Virus record (IMG/VR): IMGVR_UViG_2636415425_000001
Span: 47,083-111,082 of that record
DNA: 64,000 bases
Strand: one strand, 5' to 3'
From: a virus
Taxonomy: Duplodnaviria; Caudoviricetes
Positions 56,662-64,000 of this stretch are shown piece by piece (within the stretch, counting starts at the first letter, position 1; each line of letters starts with the position of its first letter). The notes beneath the pieces were generated by a model that worked only from the letters and a program-made list of their open reading frames with translations, was not told the origin of the DNA and made no database searches. A program made the position numbers and the translations under genes.

Positions 56662-57579
56662 ATGATCATTCGCCCGTGCGATGTTGAGACAACCGGTCTC
56701 GAGGCCTCCGACGAGGTAATCGAGATCGGCTTCACTGACCTCCGGAATGTCAGCGATATCTGGGGGCTGTCGACGGTCAGCAAGCAGACATTCATCCGTC
56801 CTGCCCGGCCGATCCCGCCCGAGTCGTCGGGCATTCACCACATCACGGATGACGACGTAAAGGACGCGCCGTCCTGGGCGGACGGATGGCGCATGCTAGT
56901 CGAGACACCGAACGACGACGGCAAGATCATCTTTGCCGCACATGCCGCGTACTACGAGCGGCAATATCTCGATCACCTGATCCAGGCCGATTGGATCTGC
57001 ACCTGGAAGTGCAGTCTCCGGCAATGGCCGGAGCTCGCGAGCCACAAGCTGCAGGCGCTGCGCTATGCGCTGAACTTGCCGACCGACCCAGAGCGCGCCT
57101 CACCGCCGCACCGTGCCGCGCCGGACTCCTATGTCTGCGGTTTGGTGTTGCTCGAGCTGCTGGAGCATCAGACCGTTGAGACGCTCCTGCTGTGGTCCTC
57201 CGAGCCCGCCGTTTTCACGAAGTTCGATTTCGGTCAGTTCGACGGCAAGCCGCTGTCCGCCGCCGACGACGGCTATCTCGATTGGCTCGCCAACAAAGAC
57301 CATAAGATGGGCGAGGACTGGCGCTGGAACGCGCGCCGCGAGATCGAACGGCGACTGATCGTAAAGCGCAAGCAGGCGCTGGATCTCCTGCTGCCCGCGA
57401 TCGCCGGCGCAGCCACCGTCACGGACCTCGAGAATTGGTACCACGGGTCGGCGGAGTACCTGGCCAAGCACGGCATCATCATCGGATCGACCGACTATCA
57501 ATCGCTGATCTCGGCCTGTGCGGCACGGAAGAAGGTGTTGATCGAGGGCGGCCAGCCGCAGTTCGGCGGCACGCAGTGA
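56662..57579 (+). CDS. DEDDh 3'-5' exonuclease (ExoX-like)
   Basis: DVETTG, IEIG, IHHIT, HRAAPD. Confidence 0.85.
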   Translation: MIIRPCDVETTGLEASDEVIEIGFTDLRNVSDIWGLSTVSKQTFIRPARPIPPESSGIHHITDDDVKDAPSWADGWRMLVETPNDDGKIIFAAHAAYYERQYLDHLIQADWICTWKCSLRQWPELASHKLQALRYALNLPTDPERASPPHRAAPDSYVCGLVLLELLEHQTVETLLLWSSEPAVFTKFDFGQFDGKPLSAADDGYLDWLANKDHKMGEDWRWNARREIERRLIVKRKQALDLLLPAIAGAATVTDLENWYHGSAEYLAKHGIIIGSTDYQSLISACAARKKVLIEGGQPQFGGTQ

Positions 57580-58154
57580 ACGCCGCCCTCCACAATCCCG
57601 GCGGCAAGGTCAAGCTGCGGCTCGCCGACGGTGTCGGTGGCGACGCCATGTTCTGGGGCGAGAACGACTGCTACCGCCCGATCCTGACTCGCAAGTGGGT
57701 AAACCTGTTCACCGCCGAGACCAGGCTGCCGAACAATTTCGTGCTCTGGATCGGGATGAACCCGTCGACCGCCGACGCATCATTCGATGATCCGACCCTG
57801 AACAAGGTGATCGACTTCTCCATGGCGTGGGATTTCGACGGCCTCGCCATGATGAACGTCTGCGATTACCGGGCGACCGATCCGAAGCATTTACTGAAGG
57901 ACGGCGTCGCGCCGCGGAGCAAAGGCAACCTGCCGCTGATACGCGATACCGCAAAGCAAGCCGCCAAGGTCGTCGCGGCTTGGGGCAACCTCGACCGTCG
58001 GCTGGCGCATTTCGCGGTGGATACCGAAGACGCATTGCGCCGGGACGGAATCGAAATGTGGTGCCTTGGCCTCAACAAAGGCGGCACGCCGAAACACCCG
58101 CTCTACGTCCGCGGCGACACCCCCCTCGTTCGATTTAAGGAGATTCCTGTATGA
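57576..58154 (+). CDS. DUF1643-family protein
   Basis: IGMNPSTAD...DDPT, RATDP, AAWG, PKHPLY. Confidence 0.85.
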   Translation: MNAALHNPGGKVKLRLADGVGGDAMFWGENDCYRPILTRKWVNLFTAETRLPNNFVLWIGMNPSTADASFDDPTLNKVIDFSMAWDFDGLAMMNVCDYRATDPKHLLKDGVAPRSKGNLPLIRDTAKQAAKVVAAWGNLDRRLAHFAVDTEDALRRDGIEMWCLGLNKGGTPKHPLYVRGDTPLVRFKEIPV

Positions 58155-59905
58155 CGTTCGCATTCCCGCGCGCCGTGTTGGAGCAGCACACCGCTTTCCT
58201 GGGTAAGACCGGCTCGGGCAAGACATCGACCGCGAAGCTAGCCGTCGAGCAGATCCTCGCCGCCAACCCGTCGGCTCGAGTCTGCGTCCTGGATCCGATC
58301 AAGTCGGACTGGTGGGGCCTCACCTCGAGTGGCGACGGCCGGCAGCCGGGCCTGCCGTTCTACATCCTCGGCGGCCCGCGCGGTCACGTCGCGCTCCACG
58401 AATCCGCCGGCAAGGCGATCGGCGAGCTCGTCGCCACCGGCGATCTGCCGCTGTCCATCATCGACATGGCGGACTTCAGCGCCGGCGGCCTCCAGAAATT
58501 CTTCAACGACTTCGCCCCTGCCCTCATGAAGCGGATGCGCGGCGTCGTCTATCTCGTCCTTGAGGAGGCGCACGAGTTCGCGCCGAAGGAGCGTGCCGGC
58601 ATCGGCGCCGAAACCATGGCGATCCACAACGCCAAGAAGCTGGCCACCGCGGGCCGGTCGAAGGGCATCCGCCTGATGGTGGTGACCCAGCGCACCCAGG
58701 CGCTGCACAACGCCGTGCTCGGCAGTTGCGACACCATGATCGCGCACCGCCTCACGGCGCCGGCCGATCAGGATCCAGTCAAGAAGTGGCTGAAGGGCAA
58801 TGTCGACAAGGCGGTCTTCGAGCGCGTGTCGTCATCCCTGGCTTCCCTGAAGACCGGCACCGGCTGGATGTGCTCCGGCGAGGCGCAGGTCGCCGACCTG
58901 GTGCAGTTTCCGAAGATCTCGACCTTCGACAATTCCGCGACGCCGACCGACGGCGACGCCGAATTTCAGGTCACCACTGCACCGGTCGATCGCGACCGGT
59001 TGCGCGCCATCATCGGCGACGTCGTGAAGCAGGCTGAGGAGAATGACGTCCCGCGGCTGCGGGCCGAGATCACGCGGCTGACCGCCGAGTTGGCGAAAGG
59101 CGCACCAGCGCCAGCCGCTGGCGCCGCCCGGGAGGAGATCGACGCCGCATATCAGGAAGGGCTGTGGGACGGTCTGCATCCCTTCCTCGACCTATTCGAG
59201 GACTTCAAGGTGATCGGCGCGGGCGTACAGAACCTGCTCGCCCGTGTCGGAGAGGTGCAAGCAAAACACAAAAGCGCTGTGGACCACGCTCCCGCGCATG
59301 CGCGCGAATTGCGCAACCACCGCTCTTTGCTGAAGCCGGCCTCGCCTTCCCTGGCGGCCCCTCCCCGCGCGGCGGCGCTGCCGGCGCCGCCTCCTCGGCC
59401 AACGACGGCGGCGAGCGGTGATGGGAGCCTCTCGCCTTCGCTGCAGAATGCCCTCAACGCGATCGCTTGGTGGCACAAGATCGGCCACGCCTCCATCGAA
59501 CGCGCGCGGGCCTGCGTCGTCGCGGGATTGAGTCCAAAGGCTTCCACGTTTGGAGTCTATCTCGCCGAATTGGCAAAGCGCGGACTCGTCACGACCGCGG
59601 TGCCAGGGAAAGTGTCGCTGACCGATGCCGGGCGGCAAAAAGCAGTGTTCCCAGCGGCGACATCGGCCGCGGATCTGCGCGCGGCAGCGGACTCACTCCT
59701 CAGCGGCCAAGAACGCAGGGCCTTCGACGTCGTCTATCGCGCCTACCCAGGATCAATCGCGCGCAAGTCGGTCGCGGAAGCGATGGGCTTGTCGCCGAGC
59801 GCAAGTACCACAGGCGTCTACCTCGCCGCCGTCGCCGGGTACGGCATCATCGTGAACGCCGGACCCGGCGAGGTCCGCGCGGCAGACTGGCTGTTTACGA
59901 CATAG
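58151..59905 (+). CDS. HerA-like ATPase with C-terminal winged helices
   Basis: GKTGSGKT, VLDP, LEEAHEF, GRSKGI, VTQR; C-terminal LAKRGLV...SLTDAGR. Confidence 0.82.
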   Translation: MTFAFPRAVLEQHTAFLGKTGSGKTSTAKLAVEQILAANPSARVCVLDPIKSDWWGLTSSGDGRQPGLPFYILGGPRGHVALHESAGKAIGELVATGDLPLSIIDMADFSAGGLQKFFNDFAPALMKRMRGVVYLVLEEAHEFAPKERAGIGAETMAIHNAKKLATAGRSKGIRLMVVTQRTQALHNAVLGSCDTMIAHRLTAPADQDPVKKWLKGNVDKAVFERVSSSLASLKTGTGWMCSGEAQVADLVQFPKISTFDNSATPTDGDAEFQVTTAPVDRDRLRAIIGDVVKQAEENDVPRLRAEITRLTAELAKGAPAPAAGAAREEIDAAYQEGLWDGLHPFLDLFEDFKVIGAGVQNLLARVGEVQAKHKSAVDHAPAHARELRNHRSLLKPASPSLAAPPRAAALPAPPPRPTTAASGDGSLSPSLQNALNAIAWWHKIGHASIERARACVVAGLSPKASTFGVYLAELAKRGLVTTAVPGKVSLTDAGRQKAVFPAATSAADLRAAADSLLSGQERRAFDVVYRAYPGSIARKSVAEAMGLSPSASTTGVYLAAVAGYGIIVNAGPGEVRAADWLFTT

Positions 59906-59914
59906 GAGGCGCAC

Positions 59915-60292
59915 ATGAAGCTCGATCGAAATCTCAGCGGTGATGGTCGCGGCAAGTATGGGCTCATCCTGAACCGCGAACTCGCCCAGCGCGCTGCGGA
60001 AGCAGTCGTCGGCGCCAAGCCTGGCAATCAAGTGACCGAGAGCCAGTTGGAAGCGATGAAGATCGTCAACGCGGTGAGTTTCCTCGAGGCAATGGGGATC
60101 ATCGACTGGGGAACAACGCCTGAGACGGAATTCTTCGTCATGCGCCTGAAAGACGAGCACGCCGGCGCGGCGCTCGCAGCCTATGCGACCGACGCGAAGG
60201 CGCACGGAGATCCCGAGTACGCAAACCAGATCTATTACGGCTTGGCGACCCGCGCAGGCCGGCTCCACCCGCACAGCAAGAAACCCGACTGA
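59915..60292 (+). CDS. Hypothetical protein
   Basis: GGAGG RBS; FFVMRLKD. Confidence 0.7.
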   Translation: MKLDRNLSGDGRGKYGLILNRELAQRAAEAVVGAKPGNQVTESQLEAMKIVNAVSFLEAMGIIDWGTTPETEFFVMRLKDEHAGAALAAYATDAKAHGDPEYANQIYYGLATRAGRLHPHSKKPD

Positions 60293-60294
60293 TT

Positions 60295-60471
60295 ATGCCG
60301 AAGCGCGAACTGATCGACATCGCCGCCGAAGTGATGGTCGAGACACAGAGGGCATTCAAGATCTTCGACGGCAAGACCACCGAGTGGGTGCCGAAGTCGC
60401 AGGTCGAGCGCAACGACGACGGGACGTTCACGATGCCCGAGTCGCTGGCGAAGGAGAAAGGCTTCATCTGA
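60295..60471 (+). CDS. 58-aa phage protein not in the ORF track
   Basis: MPKRELIDI...ETQRAF...WVPKSQVE...MPESLAKEKGFI. Confidence 0.7.
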   Translation: MPKRELIDIAAEVMVETQRAFKIFDGKTTEWVPKSQVERNDDGTFTMPESLAKEKGFI

Positions 60472-60917
60472 TGAACGTGCCGTATAGCCAGGAGCAGTTG
60501 CTGGCCCGCGCCGAGACCACCGAGCGGATCGCCGAGCGATGGAAGGCGAACCCCGGTTATGCCGAAACCCTGCGGATGGAGGTGTGGGCGCTGCGCACCG
60601 CCGCGGCACTGTTCTCGCCCGAGATCCAGGACTGGTTTGAGGGCACGCGGCTCGAGGCCGGCCACCAGGTCATCCGCTTCGCCGCGGAACACGATGCCGG
60701 CAAGACTGCCTTCGATTGGTTCTGGCTGGTCGGCTACCTGGCCCAGAAGGCGGCCGCATCGGCGGTGGATGGCGACGTAGAAAAGGCCATGCACCACACA
60801 ATTTCGACGGCGGCGGCGTTACTGAATTGGCATCGGCATCTCTCGGGCGCGAGCCGCCTGATGCGACCGGGCATCGACCCTGTCGCGCGCGGTGTCGACG
60901 TGGAGACGACGACGTGA
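60471..60917 (+). CDS. Hypothetical protein
   Basis: DWFWLVGYLAQKA...HHTIS. Confidence 0.7.
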   Translation: MNVPYSQEQLLARAETTERIAERWKANPGYAETLRMEVWALRTAAALFSPEIQDWFEGTRLEAGHQVIRFAAEHDAGKTAFDWFWLVGYLAQKAAASAVDGDVEKAMHHTISTAAALLNWHRHLSGASRLMRPGIDPVARGVDVETTT

Positions 60918-61261
60918 CCGAAGCACGGAACGAAAGCACCGAGGCGCTCCGCGGCGCCGATATCCGCTTCCGGGTCGACCCCGGCGACGTGCCGCCTGAG
61001 AAGGCCGCCCGCCGGCTGCACCTGACGCTCGACCGGTTCAACGAATTGCTGCCCAACCTGCTGAAGCGCGGCTTCCCTCCGGCCGATCCGGACACCGGCA
61101 TGTATAGCCTTGAGGCGATCGACGAGTGGAGAAAGGTGCGGGATGGGCTCAAATCGCCATTGACGGGCGCCAGCCATCCTCCCCAGGCTAACCAGCCGGC
61201 GGACAAGCCGATGTCGATGGGAGAGCGCTTTGCGGCCAAGAAGCGGAGCAGGCATGGTTGA
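60914..61261 (+). CDS. Probable excisionase
   Basis: AARRL...RGFPPAD...AIDEW; directly upstream of int. Confidence 0.7.
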   Translation: MTEARNESTEALRGADIRFRVDPGDVPPEKAARRLHLTLDRFNELLPNLLKRGFPPADPDTGMYSLEAIDEWRKVRDGLKSPLTGASHPPQANQPADKPMSMGERFAAKKRSRHG

Positions 61262-62561
61262 TCTGCCCAAATACGTCCATGGCGAGAAAAAGGCCAGCGG
61301 CCGCAGGTACTTCGCCTACCAGCGGTTCCGCGGGACACCGAAGGCATGGCCGCGGGTACCCCTCCCGGCGGATCCGCTCAGCGTCGAATTTGTGACCCGC
61401 GCCAAGCTATGCGAGCGGCTGGTCGCTTCGAAGGATGAGACCGGCTGGACGTGGAAGTTCATGGACGATGCCGGCAGCCCCCACGTTCTTCCGTCTCCCG
61501 ACGATCCGAACACGTTCTGGGCAGCTGTAGAAAAGGCTGTCGAGGTCGCAAAGCAGATAGCCTCCGGCGAGCGGAGAACGTTCCGGGCACTCATCACCGA
61601 GTTCAAAGCGAGCGCGGCCTATAAGCTGAGAGGCAGCGTCGACGATGGCAACGCGGCTGCGCCGGCGGAGGAGCCCATTCCGACGCGGCCCGGTGCGAAG
61701 CGCAAGCCCGGCAAGCGCAGCACCGGAGGGCTCTCCAAGTCGACACGGGATCAGTACGCCCGCCATTTCCGAGAGATCGAAGATAACTGGGCCGATGATC
61801 CTGTCCGCGATCTGACCACGGTGGACGTGCAGCAGGCGATCGATGCCTTCAGCGATCTCGGCCAGCCGTCGGCCGGGCGTGCCTTCCGCGCCACCCTGTC
61901 GCGCCTGATCGACTGGGGAATTCCCCGGGGCTATTCGGAAACGAATGTCGTCGAGAAGACGGAAAAGCCGCGCGAGGACGGAACTTACGAGCCGTGGGCG
62001 CCGTGGGCTTTCGAGCACTTCTTCAAGCACGCGAGGCTCGGTCTTCACCTGCCTGTTTATTCAGGGCTTTTTACCGGCCAGCGCATCAGCGATATCGTCC
62101 AGATGCGACGACCGCAGGACGGCGTCACCGAGATGCCGATCATCGCCCAGAAGACCAATGCAATCGTGCCGGTCCAGATCCACTCCGAGTACCGCGCCAT
62201 CATCAAGGCCACAGGCCAGACGCACGAGATGCTGCACCTACGCGAAGATGGCGAGCCATGGACCTATGAGGGTTTCAAGACGGCGTGGCAGCGGGAGATG
62301 AACCGAGACGTCTTCAAGCGATTCCGGGAAGAGCGAGTCGTCTTCCACGGCACCCGCAAGAACGCCGTTAACAACCTCCTCGAGGTCGGCTGCTCGGAAG
62401 CGCTGGTCGCCGCGATCGTGAAGATGAGCCCGGCGATGGTGCACCACTATTCGAAGCGGGTGAACCAGTTCCGACTGGCTCGGGCCGCGATGAAGCAGTT
62501 CGAGGCCGGCTGGGCTGAGCTCCGGCCGCACGTCCTGGGCAACCTGAAGGCGGCCACATGA
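61254..62561 (+). CDS. int: Tyrosine integrase
   Basis: TGQRISD (R), QKT (K), FHGTRK (HxxR), HHYS (Y). Confidence 0.93.
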   Translation: MVDLPKYVHGEKKASGRRYFAYQRFRGTPKAWPRVPLPADPLSVEFVTRAKLCERLVASKDETGWTWKFMDDAGSPHVLPSPDDPNTFWAAVEKAVEVAKQIASGERRTFRALITEFKASAAYKLRGSVDDGNAAAPAEEPIPTRPGAKRKPGKRSTGGLSKSTRDQYARHFREIEDNWADDPVRDLTTVDVQQAIDAFSDLGQPSAGRAFRATLSRLIDWGIPRGYSETNVVEKTEKPREDGTYEPWAPWAFEHFFKHARLGLHLPVYSGLFTGQRISDIVQMRRPQDGVTEMPIIAQKTNAIVPVQIHSEYRAIIKATGQTHEMLHLREDGEPWTYEGFKTAWQREMNRDVFKRFREERVVFHGTRKNAVNNLLEVGCSEALVAAIVKMSPAMVHHYSKRVNQFRLARAAMKQFEAGWAELRPHVLGNLKAAT

Positions 62562-62665
62562 CGTCTACAAACCCCATGTTTTCGCCCACGTTATCGCACG
62601 TTGAGGGTCTGCGATTTGTAGACAGGTTTGTTGAAATCGCTGCGGAAAAGTGCCCGGGCACATTT

Positions 62666-62710
62666 CTTTTAATCATGGGGTCGAGGGTTCGAGTCCCTCC
62701 GCGCTCACCA
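62666..62710 (+). other. attR: 3' half of tRNA-Lys(UUU)
   Basis: CTTTTAATCATGGGGTCGAGGGTTCGAGTCCCTCCGCGCTCACCA (anticodon loop to CCA); no 5' half upstream. Confidence 0.9.
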
Positions 62711-62715
62711 AACAA

Positions 62716-62728
62716 AATCAATCACTTA
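62716..62728 (+). promoter_or_regulatory. IHF-consensus site
   Basis: AATCAATCACTTA matches WATCAANNNNTTR. Confidence 0.5.
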
Positions 62729-63754
62729 AGTCAAAAAATCAGCCTCCAGACCGAACTAGAGATTTCGTCAAGCACACACCCAGCACACGCTAGGTGCGGC
62801 AATGACGATAGCCCTTATGGTGCTGGGAGTTGTCGCGCTGGCGGTGGTGTTGCTCGTCGCCGCCGCTGTCGCGCTGATCGCGACGGTCAACAGTTTCGGC
62901 GATCCGGGATAGGATGCGGCGATGTGGCTCCTATTCAGTCGCTCGTGATCTTCGCGGTAGTTGCGTCGAGCATCCATTGGCAATGGACGCCAAACGGATA
63001 TCTCGCAAGTCTAATCGGCGTCGGGCTTGCGTGGCTGCTCACCGCGCTCGTCACTGAACTTCCTCAGACCCTCAAGGGCCTTCGTCGCCGCCGGTCGTGC
63101 CCCTGCGGCACAGACGGTGCAGTACGTTTGACGCTGGGGATTTCAGTGTCCCAGTTCAGGAAGAAAACGCCGCCGGGCGTGTATTTGTGAGACCGGCGGC
63201 GTCTTTTCCTGGGACGATCAGAACAGCAAGCCGCTGCCGACCGTCGCAAGGTTTTCCGCGCAGGGGGCGGCCTCGACACGTGGGCTGCGTCGAGGCCGCA
63301 TTTCAATCTCCCGCAGTCGGGTTGCGCAACTGAGATGACGGGAGCCGTCTATTCTACCCCCGTCACCGTGGCCCATTCCGACGGCATTAAGGATTACCCC
63401 AATCCGACCGCGTCTGCCGGGCTCGATAGTCGTCAGACCATGGTGCCCGAAGATGAAGAATTGTCAGAACCTCGGCACCGGCACCTGGGCGATCGGGGGC
63501 CTCCTGCGCTGCGGCGGCGCGCCAAGCCGGGCCACGAAACCATTTTCGCAAACGGTCGAAACCGTGCTGAAACATTCGGCCGCTACCACTTCCGCAAAAC
63601 CATACGGGGAAGTGTCATGATGGAAGCGGCTATCATCGCTTTGCTGTGTCTGAGCGCCACGATCTTCGGCGCCCACGTCTACGACGCCATACATACCCAT
63701 TGACGATCACGCCAGTTGCAACGGGCGGCCAAGAGCAAGCCTCACGAGCCAGCC

Positions 63755-64000
63755 TCACGGCCCCACCGTCAGCGGCAGCTCGCCCTGACCGCCGGTCCAG
63801 TCGATGATCTCAAGCTGCAGCCCTCGCTTCAGCATCTCGGCCTCGAGACTGCCGGCGTGGCGTTTCCATTCGGGCGTTGAGCGGACGCGGAATTTGGGCT
63901 CTTCGCCGTGCGCCTCGAATTCATCGTCGGCCTTGAGCGCGCCGCGGATGGCTTCGTACATCATCTTCAGGCTGGCGTCGGTCAAGGCGCCGTAATCCAT
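63755..64000 (-). CDS. Small hypothetical protein in the flank
   Basis: 81-aa ORF starting at the window edge. Confidence 0.55.
   Translation of the reverse strand: MDYGALTDASLKMMYEAIRGALKADDEFEAHGEEPKFRVRSTPEWKRHAGSLEAEMLKRGLQLEIIDWTGGQGELPLTVGP

Noticed and set aside
62640-62710. Complete tRNA-Lys gene
   Set aside because: The 5' acceptor strand and D-arm are absent; it is an att duplication
62558-63190. 210-aa ORF spanning attR
   Set aside because: Reads through the tRNA fragment and the phage/host junction; probably spurious, though a short membrane ORF may lie in its 3' part

Overview
Most of this window (1-62710) is the right-hand part of a large temperate HK97/lambda-like prophage in a high-GC alphaproteobacterium. 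The host looks Bradyrhizobium-like, inferred from gcrA and the tRNA sequences. The prophage ends at an attR formed by the 3' half of tRNA-Lys(UUU) just after a tyrosine integrase, followed by about 1.3 kb of flank. Left to right: portal (partial), terL and terS; a probable cos region; a 12.4 kb plus-strand array of about 25 mostly tiny genes; HNH and a Q-like gene; a leftward operon (DnaB, primase, four DNA methyltransferases, beta-clamp, RuvC-like, GcrA); cro/cI; a separately placed O/P-like replication pair; and a rightward operon. The rightward operon carries an atypical initiator tRNA, a structured ncRNA-like tract, recombination genes, a nicotinamidase-vWA-PP2C-kinase cluster, a HerA-like ATPase, xis and int. 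The strongest candidate for an undescribed system is the cos-adjacent array. It holds plasmid leading-region-type genes (ArdC-N-like, DUF3560-MTase) and three zoned repeat families: a covarying hairpin just before the RBSs, a strand-polar CCCGGNTRCG(..GATTT) motif that usually follows stop codons, and dense GCCGAGGC sites. Other good candidates are a TerY-P-type triad coupled to a nicotinamidase, and a tRNA-linked ncRNA cluster. All family calls come from motif recognition by eye; no database searches were run.
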